64,000 nucleotides of DNA, from NCBI RefSeq assembly GCF_000143415.4, contig NW_003314399.1:274254-338253 (forward strand), given 5' to 3'. The first letter of the stretch is position 1; every line of letters starts with the position of its first letter. Positions 36,151 to 48,699 of this stretch are shown here, piece by piece. This stretch comes from Selaginella moellendorffii. Taxonomy: Eukaryota; Plantae; Lycopodiophyta. Below the pieces are notes generated by a model. The model had not been told where the DNA came from and ran no database searches. It saw nothing but the letters and a program-made list of their open reading frames with translations. Made by a program: the position numbers and the translations under genes.

Positions 36151-36949
36151 TATCGTGCTCTAAAACACATTCAGCCTTCAAGAGATTGTGATGGGAATGG
36201 CACGACCGCGTCGTTTAGCCTGAGATGGTTTCCATTTCCTAACTGGTTAAATACCATGAACAATGGATAAGAACAACTTCGAGAAAGGTATGCTGTAGCT
36301 TTAGGATGATCTCATGTTCTTTGGAAAATGTGCCAGTTCTGGTGGGTGATTCTCCATATCAAGCACTAATTCTACTTGCAATGATTTCATCCCAAAATAT
36401 CACATACATCCCACTCCCAGATCAAGCACACTCTTGGCGGGGGTCGTGCCATTCCCATGACACATGAAGGCTGAATTCACATTAGATTTTCTTAGGGCTT
36501 GCCCACATTTCTGAATACACTTGTATTTACTTTATTTGCATGAATTTATTTGCATATCTTGATCACTCACAATGTCAACTAGCAATCCATAAAAACTGAA
36601 TAATTGGTTTATAAACACTTAAGAAAATTTTCATTTTCATTAGAAATAAATAAACTATCTTTGTCAAACAATCCTCTAAATAGCATTATTTCCTCAAAAT
36701 ATTTTATATAAACTAATGATAAAGTTGACTAAAATATTATACCATTTTTTCTCAAATACATATAAAGGATAAAATAAATTAGTGATAAGCAATTAAAGAG
36801 AATAATTTGAAAGCCATTGAGGTTAAATATAAATAAAAATGCAATCTTTTTTTCCAATCAGTTAAAGGTCTTCGGATATTTAGGGTTAAGATTTTTTGAG
36901 TTTGAGTAATATTAGGCTGGATGACCTTAAATTCAAGAGATTACATTTC

Positions 36950-37520
36950 ATATTATAAGGATTATATATTAAATTGTTCATTTGTTTTCTTTAACTTTTG
37001 TCACTGAGCAAAACAACCTTGAAGATAATTTTGACAATGAAATACAAAAGAAATTGATGGTCTGAATCCATATAAAAGTCCAATTAATATAAATAATACT
37101 ACCACCTATTTATAGTAACAATTATGCTTGTAACTCTTTGTTTCGAGAAGGTTAATTTCATTGTAAAACTTTGAAGAATTTTTTCACTTGTCATTCCAAT
37201 TATGAATAGTAGCAAACTTTAACATATTCTAGAGAAAATCAGTTAAAAAAATAGTTATCTCTAAAAAGTCCTTTATAAATCATTAAAAAACTTTAGTCAT
37301 ACCAAGAAAACTATAAAAATCATGCACTATCGAAAGTATATACCAATTAACCATCTCTCACACCATGTATTGAAATCAAATGCTCAAAATATTCAATTTC
37401 CTCTAAGAAAAACCCACACTTGGATAATTTCAAGTAGGGTTCATTGTCTCTCAAGAATTCCAAAACTCTTTATACATGGATCTTATATTCTTTTATTATA
37501 AAGCTAAATATTAGGATATC
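36950..37520 (-). mobile_element. Highly decayed gypsy RT/RNase H relic
   Basis: Minus strand ~37340-37470 reads RVLEFLRDNEPYLKLSKCGFFLEEIEYFEHLIS, resembling the gypsy RT end (VL..LR...LY.KLSKC.F...EIEFLGH.IS); many stops. Confidence 0.6.
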
Positions 37521-40500
37521 ATCAAAGTAATCAATTGTGAAATTTCTTATGCAAGGCTGTAAAATTTAATTCATCAACCTCTAAAAAGTCACAGAAACAT
37601 TTGTCAAATCAAACAGCATCACTAAAAACTCATAATTGTTGCAAATATAATTATGAGTATCAAAAGCTACCAATCAACAAATCTATCCTCTTATTACCAC
37701 AATAACAAAATGTTAATATTGCTAGACCTTTTATCAATCTCCACCCAAGTTAGTTAATAATTTAGTTAACATATATCCACTTATATCGAAAGGGCATAAG
37801 GAAAGAAATCCTAAATTATCATTAGTCATGCATATTTAGAATAATGATTAAAAAACTCATATATTTAGATTGCACTTACTAGTGTTGAAAATCCATAAAT
37901 ATTAACTCCAATCCCTTAATGTTTACTATATAATAAAATTTTGTGTCCACCAAACACTCTTGTTTTTCTGCCCCTTGCATTAGTCTCATTTTGGTCTTAT
38001 TAGTTATTTATAAAAAGTGTCTAAATTTGTCAATTAGGTATATTTATAGATGTAAAGAATGTCTCAAACATGATAATGTTATTCTTATATCCAAATTTGC
38101 AATATAATGTCATTTTATATTTAAATTTTTTGTAAGTTTATCCTAAAAACTAACTTTTAAAACTAGGATGAAAGCCTAAAGCTAGCTTTCATATTAAGGG
38201 GGTCCAAATGTATAGAAAGGATAATAAGTAGGAGGCATTTGTGACCAACCTATTTAACAAGGTATATTTTTCTTTGTTCTGCATCTAATTTTGTTTAAAC
38301 CCAAACTCCTTAGCTAGTGGAGTATCTATGTCCTTATATTATACCATTAATATGCCAAAATTAGCATTAGAATATATTTGGTTTTATTTTATATATTAAT
38401 CTTAGTATTGAAAAATTACATTCTCTAAATTTTAATATTGTTTCATACTCTTATTATTTTACTTTTTGATTGTGTGCTTAAGAGTTTGGCTTTATCCCTT
38501 TGTTCAATAACTGAAAACCCTGAAACTTAAATCTTAATTTGTTCCCCTTGGTGGTTATGCTTAAGCTTGTGAGTGAGCAATTTAAAGTTACACTTTGAGT
38601 TAGAAAGATTAATGTTAGTTTATCAGTGGTTACTTTAAGTTATTACCATAATACTATAAGTAAAAATAAACCTCCTATAATTATTAGTGGATGAATCAAG
38701 ACTGTAGGATTAGTTTATTGATTCAAGTAGTCATTTATATATTAAAATAAAAAGACTACTAATGCAAGTTTAAGGTTTGGTCAAGTTGAGCCCGAAAATA
38801 AAGTCAAAATAAAAGACCATATCCAAATTTATAAATTTTACCCTAACACAAATGAATATTCATTATTTGGGAGCCTGCTTCTATAGATATTGGCAGTCAA
38901 TCCATAGGAGCTAGAAAGTATTGACACCAAAATTATATTTAAACTTTCTGTAAAGCTGGTCTGTGAAGTTATATTGATTATTTTATACTTTCTACTTTTA
39001 TTTATTAAAAAGGAAGAATATGTGGTAAGATTAAGACTTATAGTTGATTTTATTAGCTAAGCTGTTTCAGAAAACATGATGGTATTAGAGAACCTTCTTG
39101 ATATCATTCCTCCAAAGCTAACTCAAGACTAAAAACTAGCAAATGCCCTCTCTTTGACATACAACACACGCACACACTCAGACAACTTTGCATTTCCCAG
39201 CAACAGAACCAAAAACGTCTAGAAACAAAGGAACACTCTTTTATTCCTTATAATTCTTCAAAACCATTTTGTTATCCCAGACCAATCTCTCCATCATCTC
39301 CACTAGGCTCTTTTAAACCTCTTTTCCATACTATTTTAATTATAGCTTCTCCATTTTTTTCTCTCTCCTCAGTGATAAAGTCTATTGAAATGTTATCCCA
39401 TTTGTTTATTTATATATAAACGATAAAAAATTTAGTTGTAAGTAATTAAAAAGAACAATATCTAAAATTTAAGGTTTCAATATATAGAGATTTAGAATAT
39501 TAGGATATTTAGGGCTAAGCATTTTTGAGTTTAAATACTACAAAGTTCACTCAATATTACTTGTTTCAAATTTGGTATCCTCTCTTGGTTAAGTCTCATG
39601 ATATGCCAAATATCAATTTAAGCATATAATCCCCAAATGTAAACTTTTGAATTTGGATTTCTTAGGAAGTTAATTTACCGTATTGTATAAAGTTTTGCTT
39701 GTACTTATTAAAATGTACTAGACACATTAGCAATTTCATAAGTTGACAAAATTAATGTTAACTTATTGGATGAGTTATTACTATAGTATCATAAGTGAAA
39801 ATAAATTTCCTATAAGCTTGCTATGGAAGGCAAATAAATTGGTTTATAATTGTTTAGTACGACACTAGTGGATCCTTACTATGTATGATTATAAGTGGAT
39901 CGAGGTTCAAATGGTCATTATTGTATTCTTTCATAAAAAAAATTTAAATTAGATTAAAAACAGAAAATATAATGTTTAGTCAAGTTGAGTCCAAAAATAA
40001 AGTTATTAGGGATGAAATATCATCATTTTCTCTTCTTTAAAAGATAAGATGTGGTTTTAGAGAAACCAAGTGGTTTTATTGTTCCATAAATTACGTTTTA
40101 ATCTAGATGCCACACAATCTTTTAAAGTTCAGGGTGGTAAAGGAACTTGGTTTGTCTAAATATCCTCTTTGGTTTTCAGAAGTTTATTGTGCATAAAACC
40201 ATTAAGTTTTATAAAAGCTTGAGGTTCTTGAACTTTTATCACAAAATATAAAAATAAATACTCTTGAGATGTATCTATAATGAATTCCACTATATTCACC
40301 TTAACATCCCCTAACCCTTCACAAGAGAACAACTTTTTCTATAACATTCAGCTTTGTAAAAATTAAAACATTAACCCTCCACTTTATTGGTCCAAACAAA
40401 AGTTTTTAACTTTATTGTCATCTTCTGATACAATAATTGTTATTTCTTCCCTAAATGTAAAGCATTGGGTAATTGGTTATCATGTTGTTTACCTCATTAA

Positions 40501-41849
40501 CCATCCTATTGACCATAGTTGACTGAGTTGGTTTAGTGATGGCATTAATCAATTTTGCTATAAAATCTTTTTTGACTTTTTGTTACACATCCACCAAACT
40601 CAAACCATTGATAAAACATTGCATCTTTAGCAAACATTTGTAAAATTAAAGTAATGATCACAAAACTTACGAAAATCCTTTGCATGATTTTTAATAACTA
40701 GTTCACAAAATCAACTTTTTCAAACTTCTTCACAAATGAAGCATAAAGAACCTTTGTTAAACCACTTAGAAATCCTTAATGAAATTACCAAATCTAAAAT
40801 AAAAACCATAAAAATATTCTAAAAATATTCTAAAACTATTTCATGGTTTAGGGATTTAGGGCTTATTGATTTCATTGGAATTGGGACAAGGGGATGCTAA
40901 TCCTAATGAAGCCATGATGAAGATGAAGAGACTGTTGATGATGTCATTATAAAACAAAAGCCAAATTAAAAGTTCAAAATGATATCAAGGAGGTGAATAA
41001 ACTCAATGTATAACTTGACTTGGATGTAGAACTTGTAAAAACAAACATAACAAAAGAAACTAATCTATCTACAATCATCCATATTCCAAAACTAGAGCTA
41101 GGGCAAAAATTCAGTTTGCCTTATCTGTACTAAATTTCTCGCACTTCAATATAGTTGTGCCCCTCAAATGACATTGTCCCCCATCTAAAGGAAACTACCA
41201 ATCATCTCGTGTCTAGGCTGCCTCAAAAATCCTTCATGTGGAGCTTACCCTTTTTGCGCAAAAGTGCCAAGAAATTGGAAGCACCATTGAATCTGATTCT
41301 AGAGAGTCTTTTGCCATGGGCATGAATCAATTGCTCCAAGAGAAGAAGACAAAAGAACTCTCAAAGCAAAACTTGAGGGCCAAACACCACCTCTTTCCAG
41401 TGGCTTTCTCATACACTTCCAATACCAATTGTATCAACAAAGTGGGCAGAATTGAATTCAAGGTTATCTTGAGGCATTGGCAGCACACTCCATCAGATTA
41501 AAGCCAGACCATCATGGCTTAAGGAGAGGTAATAGTGGGAACAATGATATCACTATTATATCCCTTTGCATTTATTTCTTTTGGATGAGGATCAATTTTA
41601 TGCAGAAGTGTGTCATTATGATAGTGATGCACTTAAACTTCTCAATCAATAGCCATGTCTCCACACTTCCCATATAATTTGATGAGCAATGGCAGATTCT
41701 TGTTTAGATTCCCTCAAAATGTCCACCTTTGCTGCTAAGCCTGAATTAAATTGTAGCCTTATATTATTTCCATGGTCTTGTTCATATTCATTAAGATTTG
41801 CGGCCTGCCATTGTTGGACTTCCCGGAAGCTTTCCCGGCGACTGTTTGG

Positions 41850-42300
41850 CTGTCAGCTTGCTTGAGCAAAGGACATTTTGAGGCATATTTTCAGTATATC
41901 CCATGATACTTCATGCAATTCCAGCATCTCATTACATCCGATAGAAGAGCTCAAGGTGCATGTCCCATGATGATCATATTCCATACAACCAACATTGTGG
42001 TTCTTCATCCTCCCAAATACTTCTGATGCTTCCACATGTCCATGAGGTTGCTCATGACAAATGCATTGGCTTCATATCCACACCTCACACCCATCCTACA
42101 TAAATCTTCCATGCTCTCACCCCTTGTGTACAGATTCACCAGATTCCTTGCCACAAACATGTCAAGATCATAGCATGCCTTGCAAGCTGCCAAATGAAGA
42201 GCCATTCCTTTTTTGGCTTCATCATTTCCTTCAGCTGCTCCCAAGTACTGCGAAAACTTGCTGAGCATGCCACACTTGGGAGTAGAGTCCAAGAGGCTGT
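41850..42300 (-). pseudogene. PPR gene relic
   Basis: GMALHLAACKACYDLDMFVARNLVNLYTRGESMED and GYEANAFVMSNLMDM...EASEVFGRMKNHNV in shifting frames. Confidence 0.7.
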
Positions 42301-44449
42301 TTAGGATGTGGAATCTATTGCCTGCGTATAAAACTTTTTAAAGTTAATACACTGTTGCAGTCTAGAACTAAGATTACCTCTTTTGCTCATCAAAAATCCA
42401 GTTTCCATCCTGGAATCAGCTGGCACGCTTCTCAAGTTGACAGCCTTGCTACTACGTGCTGGAAAAAGAGATCAAGTGCCAAGCAACCTTTGCAGCTATG
42501 AGTGGAGATGAAACATTGCAGATCTACATGACAAATCGTTGCTCCTGAATTCACGATGATAGCCAGCCTCCTGCTGTACCCACAAAACGACTTCTCTATT
42601 TCTTCATTGTGAATGTCCCATGCAATGGCTCCTACTTCTGAAACGTACCCCTGATCCTTGAGAGCAGCCTTGAGAAGCCATCTTGTCCCTATATGCATGA
42701 GTTTTGTCCCAAGAACTTATGAATGATGCCATGTTTGTCAATGTTTGAGCTTCTTCTGAACTTTGTCTCCATATGCACATAGGCTGCAGCTTGCTTCTTG
42801 TCTGGCTATAACATTCTTCCACTTCCCAAGTGATCATGTTTGGCTTGAAACAGAGCGAAATGCCAAAGCAACACTCCTTTATTTCTTATAATTTTTATAA
42901 CCATTTTGGTATCCCATCTTCACTATGCCATACTATTTTAATTATAGCCTTTCCATTAATTTTTCTTTCTCCTCCAATTAAACTTCTAGTGTATAAAAAG
43001 GTAAAATTATTATGAGTTTGGGGCAAAATATTGGGGGAGATGATGTTCCAGACTTGGATGAATTCCTAAAGAAGTATGATCCTCATCACTGCAAGTCCTC
43101 AAAAGCTGGTGGAACAAAAGACTGTTGTGAGTATATTCTCAGAAATGGTTGTAAGGATTTTTCTTGGCATTACTCAATAATGGATTGGTTTTGGGAACCA
43201 AGAAAGTATTGACAAAACTGAATTTTGAACTTTCTAGAGGATGCGAAAATCTTGGGTTATGCTGATTATTTTATGCATTAAATTTTATTTCTACTTTTAT
43301 TTATTAAAAAGGAAGAATAATTTTTGAAGGAGATTAAGTGATTTTGCATCTTTTATTAGTTAGAATAAAGAGCTCTTTAACTACATGATGTTCCTCCAAA
43401 GCTAACTCAAGGTTAAAAACTAGCAAATGCTAACTCTCTCTTTGACATGCCTAGTCCATTGTAAAGTTGCTAAGCTTGCTATCCACATTAGACCACACAC
43501 TCAGATAACTTTGTGTTTCAGAACCAAAAATGTCAACAGAAAAGAGAAACAAAGAGAAAAAAAGTTATTCCTTATAATTCTTTAAAACCACCTTTCCATA
43601 CTATTTAAGTTATAGCCTCTCCATTAATTTTTTCTTTTTGCTAAAATAATAAATTATTAGCGAATGAAATCAACTACTTAAACATTCCACATATTCTTCT
43701 TTATCAATAAATAAAAGTCGATAAAGCATATCGTTTTCGCCATCTCGACAGCCTCACCACCAAGTGCTCCAGATCTGGAGTTACCTACGATCAGCTCATT
43801 GCCTGGGTTGCTGTGTCGACCTAGCCAGCATCGCTACACTCAGTGAGGATGAAGTGAAAGCAATCCGTCCGGTTTTAAGACTTCCAGAACAAAGCCGCAG
43901 GTGACCATAACTTGGCAGTCCTTCGCAGTACTACATGCTCAGCACCAGTGATACTCTCGCTTTGAGTTGGCCACGGACGCAATGACTTCGTCTCTATATC
44001 TGGAGATAATCAAGTGAATTACCTTCCCAATTGCCAGAGCTGCCCAAGCCTTCAGTTCTGCCACGAAAGTTTATCAGCATCTGTTGAAACAGCTCGTCCG
44101 GTTCGTTGTGCTGAGCATAGCCGGCAATCAAGATAGTCCACGATGTTGCTTCCGGGGTATTCGTTTAAAAACTTGACGAGGCTTCGACACCTTGCATAGA
44201 GATTGTCGCGACAAATATAACCTTTGCAGATCGACGAAGCTCTCTGTGTCTTCTTCACTCCAAACACTGGAACAGGTCTTCCAATGCAGTATCAACCGTT
44301 TGAGCGTCCAGATCACAGCCTCGGTACTTCATGAGAGCAAGGCATCGTCCGTTGGTGCCGTTTAGAGCGAAGCCAGAGTGCATTCTAGACCACACTAATC
44401 CTGCCGCTTAAACCTCTCGAGCACTCGCTATGCTGGTAGCACCGTACTT

Positions 44450-45292
44450 TCACAAGCTCATAGTCAGAGAATCGTCTTCCTCCTGTGCGTTTAGCACTTT
44501 AATCCTCCACTCGGGCTCTTTCTTCTCAGTCAGAGAATCGTCCACCACAACTGCCAAAGGATTCGTCACTTCGATCCGCCACTGAGGGTCCTGAAAGATC
44601 GCATTCCTGCGCTGTTTCCTTCGAGATAACATCCATCGCACTAGCAAAACGCACGCAAGCAGCACCAAGATCGCAACCAAAACCCAGAGAAGAAGCTGGA
44701 GCAGCGACCAGGGCGTCCTCCGAGCCACTGTAACCACTGCCGCGGGTGTCGGTGTGGCCATCGCTGCGTTGTGACCGTCGCGACGGTGGTGGTGGTGGTG
44801 GTGGTGGCGGCCTCCATGGTGGTGACCATGGTGATGGTGGTGGCCTCCGTGATGGTGACCATGGTGATGGTGGTGAACAACCAGAGGAGCTCCATCACCG
44901 TGATGATGATGGTACACCGCTGCTGCTGGAGCTGGATCGTGGTGGCGAGCATGATCAAGGAGAGCAGGCGCTGGAGCTCGATCACCAGGGTGGTGGCCGC
45001 GAGCATGAACGAAAGCAGCTGGCGCTGGAGCCGGAGCTGGAACTGGAGCGCCACCTTGAAGAACTGGAGCTAAAGCTGGCGCTGGCTCGTGGCCTCCATG
45101 AGATGCTCGACCATGCGCTGCTCGATGCGCTGGAGCTGGAGCTGGAGCTCGCGGGTGTGAAGCTCGGTGATGGCCGCCATGCCAGGGCGCTTGAGCTCGG
45201 CGGCCAAGCGTTGGAGGCTCATGATCGCGAGAGACCATAGCTTCTTGATGGAGAGAAGCATCCATACCTGACGAAACCGCGCGTTCCGACAT
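44450..45292 (-). CDS. His-rich, Pro/Ala-repeat (AGP-like) single-pass membrane protein, copy 1
   Basis: 280-aa GC-rich ORF with APAPAP motifs, His tracts, hydrophobic segment LLQLLLWVLVAILVLLACVLLV followed by RRKQRR; frame conserved with copy 2. Confidence 0.7.
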   Translation of the reverse strand: MSERAVSSGMDASLHQEAMVSRDHEPPTLGRRAQAPWHGGHHRASHPRAPAPAPAHRAAHGRASHGGHEPAPALAPVLQGGAPVPAPAPAPAAFVHARGHHPGDRAPAPALLDHARHHDPAPAAAVYHHHHGDGAPLVVHHHHHGHHHGGHHHHHGHHHGGRHHHHHHHRRDGHNAAMATPTPAAVVTVARRTPWSLLQLLLWVLVAILVLLACVLLVRWMLSRRKQRRNAIFQDPQWRIEVTNPLAVVVDDSLTEKKEPEWRIKVLNAQEEDDSLTMSL

Positions 45293-45404
45293 CTCGAATA
45301 GAAAAATCCAAGCGAGAAAATATAACCTAACCCTTGACTTGGAAAAAAATAGTAATACTTTTGCCTTTGTGAAAAAAGAGAATGGTTTTTTACGCTGTGG
45401 ATTT

Positions 45405-45531
45405 GGATCCTCCCCAAAGTCATCGTAGTCATGGAAGCGTGGTACTCGGTCACCAGATGGTTGAGATTGCTCTCCGCCTCAGAGAACTCGAGCACGTCCA
45501 TCTCCTCGGCCGGCCGGAACATGAGCGTCAA
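45405..45531 (-). pseudogene. Beta-tubulin C-terminal fragment, copy 1
   Basis: [26 protein letters not shown] versus beta-tubulin AMFRR...[28 protein letters not shown]. Confidence 0.8.
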
Positions 45532-45595
45532 CTTATTTGTAAAACAATGGACTATTCAAGAAGAGTGGAAAAACAAAGTTTGTGTGAGCACATTC

Positions 45596-46980
45596 TTAGC
45601 TGTGCTTGAGCTTGTCCTTGAATTCCTGCTGGAACTTCTCCAAACACTCGAGCTCATTCCTCGAATCCGGAAAAGGAAGAAGGGCGAGAAGGAGCAACAG
45701 AAGATTCCAAGTTCAGAGAGTTCCATGAAATCAATGAGATCTGGAGGCTCATCTTTCGTGTTTCCAAGGAGAGAGTGGAGGTCTTGATCTTGTTTGACAG
45801 GCGCAGTTGGCTTCGTTTTTACTTCGTGTGCAACACCAAAGAAGACAGACGCGAGGAGCTTTGCCTGATGACATACAAGCAGGAAAAGACTAAAGACGGC
45901 ACTAGCAAGTTCGCTTCTGCTGCCGAACTTGCAGATCATCGTCCTCCGGAACGTCTGCCAGCAATCTTTCAGTGTTCCCCAGCTGATCGCCTCCCTAGAA
46001 ATATTTTCATAAGAGTCACCAGCTTTGCTCGTGAAACTTACTTGCCGGAGTCGCTGATCAAGTATCTTCCAAATTATAAAAGCTCCCAGAGGCATCCCCA
46101 GACAGACGCCAAGCAGCACTACGGGAATTAAAGCCCATTTTTGTGATCCTGATCATGAAATCAACAAAAAGCAGGAGTTTTAAATCCAATCGAAAGAAAA
46201 AAAATTCAGGTAAAGGATGAGAAGGCACCTGAAACGGCTGAATCACTTGAATCACACGACTTTGGATCATCGATTTGTATCTCGCGAATCAGCCGGTTCC
46301 GTGATCGGCTATGAGTAAGGAGCCACAAGAACACGCCATGCTAAAGTCGCTTGAGAAACGAGCTGTGTCTCCGGGCTGTCGGCAATGCCTGGCCTTCGAG
46401 AGCTACCTCCGGCAATGGTGGTCACTGTTGGAAACAGAAAAAATGTTCTAGAGATTTTTAAAAGAGAAAACGAACCTACCTTCGCCATCCTTGCTGATTT
46501 TGCGTATAGCCAAGTTCGTCGTATCCGCCACAAAGACCGCGCCATTGTCGCAAATAGCAAGGCTTTGTGGGCGATTAAAACGTGACTTTGCCGCGGGGCC
46601 GTCGACATAGCCGGACTCCCCCACGTGTGAACCGGCAAAAGCTTCCAAGCTGCTATCTAGAGGAAAAAAATACTTAAGCTTTGGCACCACAAAACGAAGC
46701 ATAAGAAAGCCTCTAGTGCTTACTCTGCGAGAGTGGCAGTCTCAGCTTCCATATACGATTGCCACTAGAATCGAGCGCCAACACAAACTTGTTCTGCGGG
46801 TCTGGAAACAAGCCAAAGGCATTTACCGAGTGCTTGCCGAGATCAAACAAGGTCTTGACAGTAAACCCAGAACAAAAGTTTTGAGCAAGAGCGTTAAACT
46901 CACGAACAAACTGAGCTGAAGCGTCATTAGCAAGCGAGGCGAGCAGCAGCGCTCCGATGATCCAGGTCGAGCTATCGTGC
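45596..46980 (-). pseudogene. NHL-repeat (beta-propeller) membrane protein gene, disabled copy
   Basis: LALDSSGNRIWKL, AGS..GESGYVDGPAAKSRFNRPQSLAICDNGAVFVADTTNLAIRKIS, VTTIAGG; start ATG (MKN) deleted and exon 3 out of frame relative to the 59 kb copy. Confidence 0.75.
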
Positions 46981-48699
46981 TCTAAAACCCTCAAGCGTCG
47001 TTTAGCCTGAGATGGTTAGAAGACCCTTGAATCATAATTGAACTGTGTGTTCACGCCATTCGCAAGCTACAAAGAGTTATCAAGCGAGGCCGTGGAAACA
47101 CATGGATTTTGGTACTAGGACCATTCGTGAACAATGGATAAGAACAACTAAGATCCATCGAAAAGGTATGCTATATATGAAGAAGCTTTAGGATTATCTC
47201 ATGTTCTTTGGAAAATGTTGCCAGTTATGGTGGGTGATTATCCATATTGAGCACTAATTCTACTGTGAGAGAATATCAGATCATTGCAATGATTTCATTC
47301 CAAAATATCACATATGTCCCTCTCCCAGATCAAGCATGGAATGTTCAAATTCAGGGCTGAAAGAGATTGTGATGGGAATGGCATGACTGCTGCCAAGCAT
47401 GTTGTATAACGCATTCGCTGCAAGCCCTAAGAAAATCATAATGTTATATATTTGCCAAGGTCTTTGTGGAATAGGTTTACAGTGAACTTTCTATTTGCAG
47501 ATCCCAATCACTCCTAGTGTCACCATAATCAGTTTAAAAGTTTAAATTGTCATCTTCATTGAGAAGCTCTTTGTTAACTAATCTATAACAATCTAGATAG
47601 CATTATTTCCTTAAAATATTTTGTGCAAATTAGTGATAAAGTCTATTGAAATGTTATCTCATTTTTTTTATTTATATATAAAGGATAAAAATGTTAGTTG
47701 TAAGTAATTAAAGAGAATAATTTGAGAAATGATTCATTAAGGTTTAAATATAAAGAGATTTAGGATCTTAGGATATTTAGTGCTAAGCCTTTTTGAGTTT
47801 AAATACTACTAATTGCTTCAAATTGGGTATCTTTTCTTGGTTAAGTTTCACTAATGAAGAGGTAAATGTTTCATCTTATGTATTTTCCTAGGTAGAGCAA
47901 AAAAAGGAATCTTAAGTAAAATGAAGTTATATTTAATTTTATGCATCCAAAAAAAAAGACCTAACTTAGGCAACACTCTTTATAGATAAGCGTGAAACAA
48001 TTAGGAATGGTTATAAAATCATATAGTATATAAATAATACTTAAACATGTTGGAAAATTAGCCCCACTCATTTATTATATGCATTTGCATTGAATTAATT
48101 GTTTTTTCTCCCACCTATAACTGTGTATATAAAGTAGAGTTGAGAGAGTGACATATGTTTATCTTTATTCACGCTTTTAAAGTTCAAAATTAAGTTTTTT
48201 TCTATTCTCTTCTCATTCTTTTTTTTTCCTACATTCTTGTCTTTGCTTGTTTGCCACTATTTTTGCAGGCAAGGGCAAAAACACAAGTATAGGAAAAAAA
48301 ACAGCTTTATTACTTTTGGTGATCACAGTGGGATTAAATTGTTACTCTTTGGCTTAAAAAACAATTGGGAGAAAATTGTTTATGAATTCCAAATGTGTTT
48401 AGCACTAGGAATCATAAATAGATCTTTTTAGTGATTGCAAAGTCCTTAAACTCAAACAACATTGAATAAAAGAACTCTTTTTGTGATTGTAATGGCTTAG
48501 TGTTCAAATAGCACAAGCCATAGAGTATGGGACGAATTGGAAATTGATACAAATTGAAACTTGGAAAGACATAACTTGAGTCAACACTATTACACTAAGC
48601 TTTATTTTCTTTTGAAAAGTTACTTAAGTTGTTTAATTTAGTATATATTGCTAAGAAACTCAAATTCAAATTGTTTAAACAGTAATTTTTTGAGAAAAA

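Larger units (their letters stand above)
40853..47850 (+). repeat. Segmental duplication unit, copy A
   Basis: Colinear high-identity direct repeat of 54567-~60990 (same start ATTTAGGGCTT.TTGATTTCATTGG, PPR relic, His-rich gene, tubulin fragment, NHL gene). Confidence 0.9.

Noticed and set aside
44641-45240. Poly-Gly/Glu-Leu, poly-Val and poly-Thr ORFs overlapping the His-rich gene (also 57726-58310)
   Set aside because: Other frames of the CAC/CCA repeats; only the His frame spans the region and includes a TM plus tail.
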